The position numbers were made by a program, and so were the translations under genes. Under the pieces are notes generated by a model. The model saw only the letters and a list, made by a program, of their open reading frames with translations. It was not told the origin of the DNA and did no database searches. From the NCBI RefSeq assembly GCF_006345805.1, contig NC_043005.1, positions 52,824,001 to 52,888,000 on the forward strand: DNA of 64,000 bases, written 5' to 3'. This DNA comes from Octopus sinensis (lineage: Eukaryota). Shown in pieces: positions 12,257-24,830 of this stretch. The number at the start of each line of letters is the position of its first letter. Position 1 is the first letter of the stretch.

Positions 12257-12731
12257 CACCTACAGTATTTTAATAATGTAGGATGATATATATATATACC
12301 AAGGAATTATATAGAGAAGGAATGGGGGGGGGTGTCTTGAATCATTCTCTTAATTTACGCTCCCTTAATTTGTATTTTCGCTATTTTTCGTCCGTCTTGC
12401 ATAAATTATGTTTATGTGAGAATTTATTTTATTTTTCTCTTTTCTATATCGAAATAATTGAAATAATTATTAAAAAATTTTATATACGATTTGGAAAAAA
12501 ACAAAACATGCTCAATTGTAAAAAACCCATTTTAAAAATTATAATCGTTAGGATTTTTGCAATTCGGCAATGGAGTGAGTCTCAAAAGTAAACAAAAAAA
12601 ATTACACAAAAACAGAAAAATTATAACAAAACAAGGAAAGAGAAAATGAAGAAGGACGGGTGGTCTTAGTTTCGTATAGAAATTTAAATTCATTATATAA
12701 GAACGGTAAGATAAAGAACATTTAAATAAAG

Positions 12732-12768
<37 letters not shown>

Positions 12769-13193
12769 ATATATATATATTCATATATTCATACCCCTTA
12801 TGACTTAGCTTTGTGTGTGTTTATGGTGTGTATATATGTATAATAATATATTTGAACGGACTGATAGGCCTAACTAGTCGATAATAAGTCCGGAGAGGCT
12901 GTAGATAAGTACAAGCAAATAGTGAGCTGTATTCTTGGTGTTTGTTATTACTTGGCTCAAAAGTGTTTGAAATATTGAACACAGCAGCGTGTCAAAGAAA
13001 AAGGCTTTGGTCATCGAATTAAGAATCGGAAAGATTTGGAGACTTAAGCCGAAGAAATCGTTGATCAAATGCAAGATTTCTTTCGCTATACCCTTCGTTT
13101 TGAGCTGCTTGCTGAACACATAAGCGAAGCACATTGCTAATTCCACCGTTAGTTCGAAGTCAAAATATTCTGTAGAATTCATCTTAGCTAAGC

Positions 13194-13224
<31 letters not shown>

Positions 13225-13797
13225 GTTATTAACTTGCTGCTGAATTTTATTTTATTTTGTTGTCTTATCTTCAATAAATAGAACAGTTTTTGTTTTGTTT
13301 TCAAATGTCTTTAAGTATGGGCTGCTCATTTCAATTCTTTCTTTTCTATTTTGTAAAGGCTTATAGGTTAAAATTTGCTAAAATTTCCTGGATCACCTAT
13401 ACAAAGACGTGGATATTATGTACGTTTCTGAAATTACCTGGAAAGCTGTCAAAAATTAAACACACACACACACACACACACATGCATATACATTCACTAA
13501 AAAGGTTGGTAAATATAAGGGTTGACCTGCTTAATGTTAGTCCCTAAGATTACTGAAGCAAGATGGTTAGAAATGTATACAATCAAGGATCCATTTCATT
13601 GAGTGGAACCCAGTGTTGTTTGATTGGACCTTTGCTTCTATGTGCAACTGGCATCAGTCTTTGTATTATCAAGGGATCTTGTTCTCTTACTTGAGTTACT
13701 AGAAATTAGGAAGAAAATATTGGATAATGTGGTCTTTGATACAGAAAAGGGAGGGATGGTGAAAGCTGGACTATGTTTTGGTTGGAAGCCTGTTAGA

Positions 13798-14263
13798 TAA
13801 CCCTTTAGCATTTAATCCGGCCCAAATATTCCACCTGTTTTATGTTAAAACTGACTGGATTCAACCTCTCGCAATGTCATTTTAAAAGTATATAGCCATA
13901 CTATTTAAATTTTGAAGTTGCAAAATAACGTGTGATGGCTTCCGTGCCGGTGGCACGTAAAATGCACCAATCCGACTGTGGCCGTTGCCAGCCTCGCCTG
14001 GCACCTGTGCAGGTGGGATGTAAAAAGCACCCACTACACTCACGGAGTGGTCGGCGTTAGGAAGGGCATCCAGCTGTAGAAACACTGCCAGATCAGACTG
14101 GAGCCTGGTGCAGCCTTCTGGCTTCCCAGCTCCCCAGTCGAACTGTCCAACCCATGCTAGCATGGAGAACGGATGTTAAACGATGATGATGATGATTAAT
14201 TCAAAACAGTATGAATAAATAAGCAATAAATTTCACAAAGAAATCTGAATGCTAAAGGGTTAA
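13798..14263. mobile_element. TTAA-type (piggyBac-like) MITE with nested family C insertion (13925-14195)
   Basis: Ends TAACCCTTTAGCATT ... AATGCTAAAGGGTTAA. The interior is interrupted by a family C copy with (GAT)n tail. Confidence 0.75.
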
Positions 14264-14337
14264 ACATACCAGTTGATTTGTGTAGGGTCAGCTATGTACC
14301 TAGTGTTCCCTTAGAAAACTCGGTGTATGTGTGTGCA

Positions 14338-14686
14338 AGCATGGCTGTGTGGTAAAAATTTGCTTCCCACCCGCATGGTTCTAGGTTCAGTCACACTGTG
14401 TTGCACCTTGGGCAATCAAAGCCTTATGAGTGTATTTAGTAGACGGTAACTGGAAGAAGCCCACTGCATATGTATGAGTGTGTAGCGAGTTGGCAGAGTC
14501 GTTAGCACGCTGGGCGAAGTGCTTAGCGATATTTTGTCTGCCACTACGTTCTGAGTTGAAATTCCGCCGAGGTCAGCTTTGCCTTTCATCCTTTCGGGGT
14601 CGATAAAGTATTGGTGAAACACTGGGGTCGATGTAATTGACTATCCCCCTCCCCAAAATTTCAGGCCTTGTGCCTATAGTAGAAAG
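14338..14686 (+). mobile_element. Adjacent partial SINE A (14338-14480) and SINE B (14485-14686)
   Basis: Family-diagnostic motifs as at 1877 and 16952. Confidence 0.7.
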
Positions 14687-16329
14687 GATATATATGTGTG
14701 TGTATGTATGTCACCCACTGTCACTTGGTATGTCTTTACATCCCTGTAACATAGTGATTCAGCAAAACAGAGGTTGGTTTATTCAACTAAAATTCCAAAT
14801 GGCTGCTTACCTTGTGGGCATGACTTTCATTATATCCCTGGGTTGACTAAAACCTTGTGAGTGGATTTTATAGACAGAAACTGAAAGAAACTCATCCTGT
14901 GTGTGTGTAGTGTTGTCCTAATATCATGTGACGGTTGTAAATGAGTATCACTCATACAAGTGATGTTGTTCATTGCCAGACTTCCACAGAATAGCTTATC
15001 TGGCCATGGGAATTATTATTTTGCTTGGAAACGGGTGTGGGTTCGTGTTAGGAAGGGCATCTGGCCATAAAACATCTGCCTCAACAAATTCTGTCTGACC
15101 CACCCATGCAAGCATGAGTAAGTGGATGTTAGATTATGATAAGGGTGTTTATCTCTGGGTCAACCCTGATAGGGCAAACTTAATCATAAACTTTCTAATT
15201 TGTTGAAAGGTGTATAAGACCATTGTTCATTGTGGCATTCCTCTTTTTTTTTTTTTAAACCTAAGATGGTAGGGAGATATATGGTTGCTATTTCTAGATG
15301 GTTAAATAATAAAAGTAACTTTTCTGCCAGAGATTAAGAAATATCTGGGATAGATTGGCATTCTCTCTTGGAAATGGTTTGGCTCTCATACACTTATGTC
15401 AATCTATCCCAGATATTTCTTATCTGGAAAAATTGTTGTATTTATTATGCATCTGGTTCTTAAAGGGTTTGTCGGAGACATATAATTACACCCATATTGT
15501 CCATAAGAAGAGGTTCTTCTCTTGAGACAAATGTCCAAATATGCATGAACATGCTGAATGTTATTTATTGTATGTATATCTCATTCAGTACTGCATTATG
15601 CTCCTCTAATTAATTCCATCTTGAAAAACCTATTTGCACGTCTGCAAATGTACCATTTGCTATTTTAATAAAAGTGCAACCATCTCTTGGAGCATAAATG
15701 ATGGCTTGATATATGTAGATGATGAAGCATAACAATGCAGAAATGCATGTGTCCTACATTCCTGGTTCAGTGGTATGTTTACACCCATATTGTCTAAATG
15801 GCGGATTTTAGAGACAATTTTTGCAGCATATTGTCTTTCTTTGTCAGAGTGGCATTAAATATGATTTTACATAACTACATAAAGTTAAAAGCTTTTGTAG
15901 GAGACAGCAGTGACCAGTTGGGGAAGTCCTGCATTAAGCAACTATTATCATGTTTTCCCTGTATATGACCAATGTAATCGATAATGTTGTTGAACCCAGG
16001 GTTGTTAGCCTCAATCAGGCAGGCCTATTTTGAAAGTCATGAACATTTTTGTTTCATTTAGTTGTGTATTATGTTATCCAGTGTATCCTTCATAAATTAT
16101 ACATTACAAGCATATAGATATAATAAGAGAGTTCTCTGCCTGGGGTCCTCAAAGGAAGCACTAAATGGCCATGAGCCAAATTCAAAATTTGATAAGTAGA
16201 TGAATCTTTAAAAACTTTGGGGTCCATGGGAAAATACATCTAAATATCAGGTTCCCTTGGTAATGAAAATATTAGGAACCGCTGACGTGGTCTTATAAAG
16301 ATTTCGTAGTAATGGAATATGCTGTCCTT

Positions 16330-16900
16330 GTCACCATTTTTGTCTATTACTCTATTGGTGGACAATACATTGGCCTTTCCTGGCTGCAAGATCCTGTGTT
16401 CTTTGGTTAGTTGTAATGATCTAATGATTCTCTTTCTTGATCTGCTAGTTTAGTTCTGAGTCTGCTTTTGCCTGGTTGGACAAGTCTTTATCATAATTTC
16501 TTGCCAGTTGTGATCCTGTAATTGTCTCTTTTGTGAGTCTCAGCTTCCTGAGATGAGCTTTCACTAATTCCTCCCCTGACTTCCTTCAAGTTCCTTCCAT
16601 TTGGATTGCTTGGCACTTCTTGACCCAGTTATCATTTTCCATATGCATATGTCCATACTAGTGTAACCAGTATTTGTTCTTGCAAATCTTCTTTATTCAT
16701 GTCTGTTTTGCTATCTTCACTAACAAGCATTATCATATGTTCTAGCCTTCAGTGAGAGAATCGCTTTATTGCTCATAGAGGTTTAGCCCTCTGAGATTTT
16801 CCCACCCCAATATTACTGTAGCTCTTGGAACTCTCTTCCTCCATTGATAAGGTTGCTTAGATAATAAACTGCTACCTACAAGCCCTATGTATACATAGCC
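16330..16900 (-). mobile_element. Decayed RTE-clade LINE, RT C-terminal part
   Basis: Reverse complement gives YGHMHMENDNWVKKC (RTE-like WYGHVxRMxxDxWVKK) around 16615-16660 and a YLSNLINGG-like segment near 16850. Confidence 0.5.
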
Positions 16901-16951
16901 CTCAGGGCAAAGAGAGGATTCATTTCAGGCGAGCTAGCAGATTCATTTAAG

Positions 16952-17155
16952 GTGGCGAGCTGGCAGATTCGTTAGTACGCCGGGCGAAATGCTTAATGGT
17001 ATTTCGTCTGCCGTTACGTTCTGAGTTCAAATTCCGCCGAGGTCGACTTTTCTTTTCATCCTTTCGGGGTCGATAAATTAATTACTAGTTGTGTACTGGG
17101 GTTGATGTAATCGACTTAATCCCTTTGTTTGTCCCCTCTATGTTTAGCCCCTTTT
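16952..17155 (+). mobile_element. SINE family B, near full length
   Basis: GGCGAGCTGGCAGATTCGTTAGTACGCCGGGCGAAATGCTTA...GTTCAAATTCCGCCGAGGTCGAC...TTTAGCCCC. A duplicated head lies at 16927. Confidence 0.85.
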
Positions 17156-17195
17156 TGGAAATGAGAGAGGATTCATTTCCTAGGTATTCTTATGT

Positions 17196-17368
17196 TTAAC
17201 CCTTTAGCATTCACGTTATTCTGTCAAAAGTAATACTTTTCACATCGTTTTCAATGAATCAGGCATTTTATAGCTTTGAATTTTGATAAGGTAACTTAAT
17301 TTTTAGAGTGATATTGTAGGGCTGGTGTGATAGGCCAGATCTGGCTATTTTAAATGCTGAAGGGTTAA
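17196..17368. mobile_element. TTAA-type MITE
   Basis: TTAA-CCCTTTAGCATT ... AATGCTGAAGGG-TTAA. Confidence 0.75.
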
Positions 17369-17619
17369 TGATGCCTGTGCATCTGTTACAAACAGTCTTC
17401 TCTTGTAAACCATCTAATTCTGCAGCATTTCTTGTGTACCTGTAATTCACATGTGGTACAAAGTGCAGAGTTCCTACCAAATTTCTCTTCTGGGTTATGG
17501 TTCAGTTCCACTCTGTGGCACCTCAGGCAAGTGCCTTCTATAGCTTTGGGCCTAACAAAGCCTTATAAGTGGATTTGGAAGATGTTAACTGAAAGAAGCC
17601 CGCAGTATGTATATATGGT

Positions 17620-17775
17620 GCATGTGTGGCTGTGTGGTAAGAAGCTTGCTTCCCCATGACATGGTTCCAGGTTCAGTCCCACTGCGAGGGACCTTGGACA
17701 GATGTCTTCTATAGCTTCAGGCTGACCAAAGCCTTGTCAGTGGATTTGGTAGACAGAAACTGAAAGAAGCTTGTC

Positions 17776-17813
<38 letters not shown>

Positions 17814-18022
17814 TTGTATCAGTTTCTCCTCACCATCATTGGTTGACAACCAGTGTTGATGTGTTTACGTCCCCATAATTTAGTGGTTCGGCAAAGATGC
17901 CAATAGAATAAGTCCTAGGCTTGAAAAATAAGCCCAAGGGTCAAATTGCTTGACAAAAACATTTCAAGGTGGTGCTCCAGCATGACCACAGTGAAATAAC
18001 AAACTTGTAAAAGAATAAAAGA
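17620..18022 (+). mobile_element. SINE family A
   Basis: Head, internal (TA)n and CCAGCATGACCACAG tail. Confidence 0.8.
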
Positions 18023-18849
18023 GTATGTATGTCTGTCTCTCCTTAACAGGACATGATGTGATCATTGTAAACGAGTGTCACTGTCATACAAGTGTTGTCC
18101 TTTGTTTCAGACCTTCCATATCTGGGTCATGGGGAAATATTACTTTCCATGCATACAGGTTAGAGTTGGTGACATGGAGGGCATTCTACTGTTGAAAATC
18201 GATCTCAACAAATTTGTCTGTCCCATGCAAGCATGGAACTGTAGATGTTAATATGATGATATTGAGCATAGCCACCTCACTAATGGCTGTAGAGTGCTGT
18301 CTTTGCACTTTATTAAAACATCTGTTTTCAGGTTTACTGAGAAGGTTCTTGATTTGAGGTTTCAGTTCCACGTTTGAAATGTTTTGATTCTTCAATAAGT
18401 TCAACTGTTAAAACTAAGTTGTAGATGTATAGAAGTTCCATGGATAGCCAGTCTTAAACTTCTCTAAAATGGTTTAGAAAACTATAATATAAAATACTGG
18501 GGTAAGAACCAAGCCATAATATACATACACATCATTTAATGTCTGTTTTACATGCTGGTATGGGTTGGACTATTTGATTGAAGTTGACAAGCCAAAGAGC
18601 TGCACCAAGCTCCCTATTAAATGGCCTCCTTAATGCCAACCACTTTACAGTGTGTACTGGGTATTTTTTATGTGGCACCAGCACAGTTGCCTTTTATGTG
18701 ATGCCAACACAGGTGCTTGAACTCTTTGATAATTCTCACTGCTGACACCATTTCTCTGTACTTGGGCTGCATGGTTCTCACAAACCATCCATATATATCT
18801 AATTGTTTTTTGGTGACTTCCACACTACACACTGTGTTACTCTGTCAAA

Positions 18850-19063
18850 GGTATTAGCACACTTGGCGAAATGCATAGCCGTATTTTGTCTGCTGTTACG
18901 TTCTGAGTTCAAATCCTGCCGAGGTCGACTTTGCCTTTCATCCTTTCGGGGTCAATAAATTAAGTACCAGTTACGCACTGAGGTCGATACAATCGACTTA
19001 ATCCGTGTGTCTGTCCTTGTTTGTCCTCTCTGTGTTTAGCCCCTTGTGGGTAGTAAAGAAATA
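18850..19063 (+). mobile_element. SINE family B
   Basis: Diagnostic GTTCAAATCCTGCCGAGGTCGACTTTGCCTTTCATCCTTTCGGGG and TTTAGCCCCTTGTGGG tail. Confidence 0.8.
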
Positions 19064-19639
19064 GGTATTCTCCTGGTAATGAAGGCTATGTGTAGTACGT
19101 TGCTGTTGGCTCAGAGGCTTGTTCTACTTGGAAGATGGGCATCAGTGTTCACTGTCCTGTCTCCAATCTGAACTGCATCACCTCTAAGCCAATTCCTTAA
19201 TTTAATAGTTGTGCCTCAAACTCTTTCTCACTAATGTAATCTAACTGATCAGTTTGATGCCTTTGTAGTTGTTTCTTTATTGAGTGTCTTCTTATAACAA
19301 TAGATAATGCTGCTGCTGTCATTTATGGGATATGTTGGCTCCCTGTATTACATAATCATCATATAATGTCCACTTTTCCAGGCTTGCATGGATTGCATAG
19401 AATTTGTAGACGCAGATTTTCTATGACTGGATGCCTTTCCTGTTGCTAGCCTTCACCTGGCTATGTCAGTGATTAGTGGTGTCTTTAATTTGCTGGATTT
19501 TTTAGTATCTTGTCAACTGTCCCTGTTAGTGCAGCTCTTTTGCTTCCCTTTATATCTTTAATCTCATTTTTGATTGTATAGTTGTCACCTTCCATTAGCA
19601 GGCCTCTGCTAGTATATCTGAATCATCACTTTCTCACAT

Positions 19640-19790
19640 ATGGCGTTAGGAAGGGCATGCAGCTGTAGAAACTCTGCCACATCAGATTGGAGCCTGGTGC
19701 AGCCATCTGGTTCATCAGTCCTCAGTTAAATTGTCCAAGCCATGCTAGCATGGAAAGTGGGCGTTAAACGATGATGATGATGATGATGAA
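19640..19790 (+). mobile_element. Family C (RTE tail)
   Basis: GGCGTTAGGAAGGGCATGCAGCTGTAGAAAC...GTTAAACGATGATGATG. Confidence 0.75.
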
Positions 19791-19799
19791 AATGATGTT

Positions 19800-20580
19800 C
19801 TGCTGACAGTAGCAGTTCCATGCTTCTTTTTTTGTGCCAGCAAGGTCAGGTGTGCCACTATCATTTCTATACTTTCCCCAGTGATTTCTTGATTTACACT
19901 GACATACTGTTTTGCAATACAGAATCATTTTAAATATATGACCTTCGCATCGCTACATATACCTGATGTCTAGTATCTCTGTTTAGCTACCTGATATTGT
20001 TCCTTGCTCCCACTTTCCTTCTAATCTTTATAAGCCTTCCATTTGACTAGAAACTTACTACATCCACAGACATAGTGTGTAGTTTTTCAGAAGGTTGACT
20101 CTTAGAAATCTGTTCCCTTTTTTGTTATGCATCAAGTAGTATTCTTTGAAACTCTATATGGCTAAGGTATCTTTCATCTTCTGTACTCATCTCCAGATTG
20201 TAATCTTTGGAGTCCTATCTCTTGAAGTTGCTGATTGCTTCTCTTTGTTGAATGGTACATTCTTCACTGGAGAAAGACTAAGTGTTCACAACCATCTATC
20301 TATCCCATTTCTTCACTGGAGAAAGACTATGTTTGCAACCATCCATCTATTCTATCTCCTGAAGTCTATTTGACTTGAATGTTTGTTTGATCCATGGATG
20401 TTCATGTGATTACCTGGTTCTGTTTATCGAACTTCAAGAATCTTGATTCGGCTATATTCTTTGTTCTTTCTCTATTGCTTCTATGTGCATTGGAACTATT
20501 ATGGTGTTGCCTAACATGACCATTATTAAGTTGACCAACCATGATAATAAAGTTGGTCTTTAGTTCTTGAAATTGCCTGC
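19800..20580 (-). mobile_element. Decayed RTE-like LINE endonuclease region
   Basis: ORF 20402-20593 contains FIIMVGQLNNGHV (degenerate APE motif IIMGDxNGHV), with a QIDF-like motif further downstream on the minus strand. Confidence 0.4.
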
Positions 20581-20793
20581 AAGAGGGCCTCATAGAATTG
20601 ATCTACCTATATAAGGTTTTATCTCTATTAATACAGCTTGGGAATCCCGTTGATTCCAATCAAATTGAAGCAATGGGCGAAATTCTGCAATAAGCATTTC
20701 ATCCAGTATACTAACGATTCTGCCAGTTCGCTGCCTTAGTAATAATAATAATAATAATGGTTGAGAAATGAATTGCATTTTTATATGACTCTG

Positions 20794-20829
<36 letters not shown>

Positions 20830-21403
20830 TGCACTTGAATGGATCAACGAGATTCCTCGTTTAGTAGTCTATTCTACTAAAGTCTCAAGTGGTCCTTGTG
20901 AATGGAGACTACCAAAGTCAGATATGTATCTGATTTTGTCTTCAGTAGAAGGGACTTGCCCAAGCTGTTGCTCATAAAGATGATCCTTAAACCAATAATC
21001 TCTGTTTATGGATAAGCCTTTTCCATGAGGTCCTCTTGCATATTTCACAGACAGAACCCTCTCCCCAACTCAGTATACACTCTTCTGTATGTGTAGTTGT
21101 CTCTGTCCATGTCTGTGTTTATGTTTACTTGTGTACAGTGTGTCATCGAGTTGCCTCTTGGGTCACTATGGTTTATAAAAGGCTTGTTACTTGGGCTGGA
21201 ATAATCATCTGTGCTCCATCTTGGCCACAGTCCAATGACTGAAACCAGTAAATGAATATTGTTTTAATCGTACCACTGGGAACAAAACCACTTGTAGTAG
21301 AGTTTGTTTATTTGGCAGTTGATTCATTGAAGCTGAGCTGTTTGCATGACTGCATACAAGCAGGGATATCAGAATGATGATGATTGATGTGTGTGTATGT
21401 ATG

Positions 21404-21460
<57 letters not shown>

Positions 21461-21464
<4 letters not shown>

Positions 21465-21783
21465 AATATTAGGGAATAAATCCAAATTTACAGGGAAAAA
21501 ATCAGATTTAGGATTAAATCCAATTTTATAGTAAAATATTATAAAATATTATTAGAGACAAAACCACTATTTTGCAAAACAAACAAGGAAAGACTTAATC
21601 AATACATAAAATTTTAATAAATAGTCATAATTTGAAACTGACTTATTGGAAGTCCACCTGAAGATTGTCGATCAAGACAAGAAACAATTGTAGTGGCGGT
21701 TTTTTTGACTATTTATTAAAATTTTATGTATTGATTAAGTCTTTCCTTGTTTGTTTTGCAAAATAGTGGTTTTGTCTCTAATA

Positions 21784-21792
<9 letters not shown>
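21461..21792. mobile_element. Fold-back element between (TA)n runs, with a hammerhead motif in the loop (Penelope-like/retrozyme-like)
   Basis: 87-bp inverted arms at 21541-21627 and 21706-21792. Flanked by (TA)n at ~21409-21460 and ~21791-21817. Confidence 0.7.
21654..21696 (+). ncRNA. Minimal type-I hammerhead ribozyme motif
   Basis: CCAC-CTGAAGA-TTGTC gatcaa GACAA-GAAAC-AATT-GTA-GTGG: helix I CCAC/GTGG, intact core, 5-bp helix II, palindromic helix III ACAATTGT, GUA cleavage triplet. Confidence 0.75.
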
Positions 21793-21821
<29 letters not shown>

Positions 21822-22205
21822 CTCTTTTTTTACTCTTACTTGTTTCAGTCATTTGACTGCGGCCATACTAGAGCATCGCCTTTTAGTCGAGCAAATCGAC
21901 CCCGGGACTTATTCTTTGTAAGCCCAGTACTTATTCTATCGGTGTCTTTTACCGAACCGCTAAGTGACGGGGACGTAAACACACCAGCATCGGTTGTCAA
22001 GCAATGCTAGGGGTACAAACACATACACACACACATATATACATATATACGACAGGCTTCTTTCAGTTTCCGTCTACCAAATCCACTCACAAGGCATTGA
22101 TTGGCCCGGGGCTATAGCAGAAGACACTTGCCCAAGATGCCACGCAGTGGGACTGAACCCGGAACCATGTAGTTGGTTAGCAAGCTACTTACCACACAGC
22201 CACTC

Positions 22206-22208
<3 letters not shown>
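21822..22208 (-). mobile_element. SINE family A, full length
   Basis: Reverse complement runs from the GGAGTGGCTGTGTGGTAAG head to the GACTGAAACAAGTAAGAG tail. Confidence 0.85.
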
Positions 22209-22244
<36 letters not shown>

Positions 22245-22245
<1 letters not shown>

Positions 22246-22490
22246 TGAAGATGCATGGCTTAGTGGTTAGGGTGTTGGACTTATGTTTGTAAGATTTTGG
22301 TTTTGATTCTTGGACCTGGCATTGTGTTCTTGAGCAAAACACTTAATTTCTTGTTGCTCCAGTCCACTCAGCTGGCAAAAATGAATAACCCTGCAAAGGA
22401 CTGCTATCCTGTGCATGTGGGGAAATATATGCTTTGCAGAAACCTGGAAATCAGTCATGATTCTATATGATTTGTGAAGGATCTTTTACC
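22245..22490 (+). mobile_element. tRNA-headed SINE family D variant
   Basis: GAAGATGCATGGCTTAGTGGTTAGG...TGTTCTTGAGCAAAACACTT. Confidence 0.65.
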
Positions 22491-22946
22491 TCGCCTCCCT
22501 TTGTTTTTTAAACCATTCTTGCATTTGTTTGGCAGGTCTTCTTAAATATAAGTCCCCCACCACTTATTGTTCATTATCATCTAATTTGATGTTCTGCCTC
22601 TTCAGATTATCACTTTGCTCAACTTATGTCTTTTGCTTGATTTGTGGGTTCAAATCTTGAACAAGGTACTCCAATTTACATTGCTCTTGTCTACTCATTT
22701 GTAAGGGGTACCAGTTCTTTTTCCCTCCACCTATCATATCCTAAATGTTCCACTAGGTCAGGGGTGAGAAAGGCCATAAGAGAGGGCCTGTCTGCTTGAG
22801 ACCAGACAGGCACCTAAAACAATTAGTAAAAGCATGGTACTTGTCACCAAGCAAAACTCACTCAAGAATTTAGTTTATGAATAATGATGTGCTGGTTCTC
22901 TTGATGGAATTATTGGCGTTTATGTAGAATCACTGAATACTGTCTG

Positions 22947-23754
22947 TAGGGTGTCCTAAAAGTCACTGATGGGTTTCAATTTTTAATAACTTCCTTAATT
23001 TTACAATTAAATGCATGAAATCTTGGTACACTATAAAGGACATAATGGAAATTAATATGCACAAGTCAAATTTTGCAGCACCACTGCATCATATATGAAA
23101 AATGACATCGCTTAAATGACAGCCATTTTCTGTGCTCTTTCTGAAACCTGCCCTATAACACCCACAAAAGTTTCAGACCCCACTTCTCTGATTTCTCTGT
23201 TGATGTTCTCCTTCAGTTGCACCAGGCTCTCCAGTTTGTTTACATAAACCCTCTCTTTCAAGTATCCCCAGAAGAGAAAATCCAGGCTAGTCAAGTCTGG
23301 AGAACATGAAGGCCATTCAAAGTAGGCCTCACACATGGTTCCAGCAAGATGAGGCAACTGCTCATACCACAACAAAAACAATGCGGTTGCTACAGCAGTG
23401 CTTTGGAGAGAGAATAATCTTTCCCTACACCAATGTCAACTGGCTTTCATGTTACCCAGACTTGACTAGCCCAGATTTTTTTCTTGTGGGGATACGTGAA
23501 AGTGAGGGTTTAGGTGAACAAATCAGAGACCCTGGTGCAAGTTTTGGAAAGAGTACAAGTGCGTGCAGCTGAAAATAGCTGCCATTTAAGTGATGTCATT
23601 TTTCATATGTGATGTAGTGTTGTTGCAAAATTTAACTTGTGCATATTAATTTCCATTATGTCCTTTATACTGCATCAAAATTTCATGCATTTATTTGTAA
23701 AGTTAAGGAAGTTATTAAAAATTGAAACCCATCTGTGACTTTTGGGACACCATG
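22947..23754. mobile_element. Tc1/mariner-superfamily (maT/rosa-like) fold-back derivative made of two inverted transposase 3' ends
   Basis: ~185-bp inverted arms (22947-23131 / 23571-23754), right end ...GGACACCATG|TA. Minus frame WPSCSPDLTSLDFLFWGYLKERVY; plus frame WFQQDEATAHT...WLSCYPDLTSPDFFL. Confidence 0.8.
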
Positions 23755-24084
23755 TATAATGAAACATGAAAGTTACTATTAAGCTGTTTTTGAAAAGCCT
23801 GGCATAAGTAGACCAAACTTTTTGTATCTATGATACTGTTAAAATAAACTGCCTTGGTTTCGGTTAATTTTGGAAATAATGAAGAATTTAGTAAAATAAC
23901 TCGGTCATTATTTAAACTGGTGATTGGAGCATAAGTTAATGTGGAAGTTTGATGGAAGGTTTAAATGTAGACTGCTTTATGAAAGCAAATTTGCATCAGT
24001 CCTAATAGCATTCTTGGGTGGGTTGGTATGACAAGGGTTAATATGATTCCAGTAACTAAATCCACAAATATATTTGTATATTGT

Positions 24085-24410
24085 GATACTCTGGGTAAGT
24101 GTCTTCTACTAAAGCCTCAAGCTGACCAAAGCCTTGTAAGTGGATTTGGTAGATGGAAACAGAAAGAAGCCCAATATATATGTGTATATCTATGTGTTTG
24201 TGTCCGTGTTTGCCCCCCCCATTACTGCTTGACAACCAGTGTGGGTGTGTTTATGTCCCCCGTGACTTAGTGGTTTGGCAATAGTGACTGATAGAATAAG
24301 TACTAGTCTCTATAAAGCAAAATAAGTCTTGGAGTTGAGTTGTTCGATAAAAACAAAAAAAAAACCTTCAAGGTGGTGCTCCAGCATGGCCGCAATCACA
24401 ATGACTGAAA
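24085..24410 (+). mobile_element. SINE family A (5' truncated)
   Basis: Family A body and CCAGCATGGCCGCA...GACTGAAAC tail. Confidence 0.75.
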
Positions 24411-24429
24411 CAAAAAAAAAATATTGTGT

Positions 24430-24830
24430 AAGGTGCTTAATGTACAGATGAAAAAGATATGAAGATAAATATTGAAAACGTGGGTGCAGCATGCAGGAAG
24501 GTTGTTGGACAGCACTTAATAATCTGTATATGTGCTGTGTGCATTCATTAAAAATGCAGTTGTCTGAGAACATCATTAACTGGTGTAGCAGCTACACGTA
24601 TGGTATAAAGTATGAACAGAAAAAGCTGAAGATGTTGATCTCTAAATCTTGGAAATGCTATGTAGAAAGTTTGAAAATGCCTTGGTTACTTTGGTGACTT
24701 GTTGGAAGGAGTGTGTGGTGGGCTGGGTTTGATGACAGCATGTGAGATGTGCATGGAAGAATTTCTAGGAACTGAGTGATTTTTGCTAATGGAAAGGTAT
24801 GTACTGCAAGCGTGAGATGTGTTTTGAATT
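24430..24830 (+). mobile_element. Decayed RTE-clade RT fragment
   Basis: Fragmentary YFGDLL and VRCAWKNF*EL, resembling the RTE region YLGD...VRxAWxKFREL. Confidence 0.45.

Noticed and set aside
20900-20952. CTGAAGA plus a good helix II on the minus strand
   Set aside because: It is followed by GTAG instead of GAAA, with no helix III or matching helix I.
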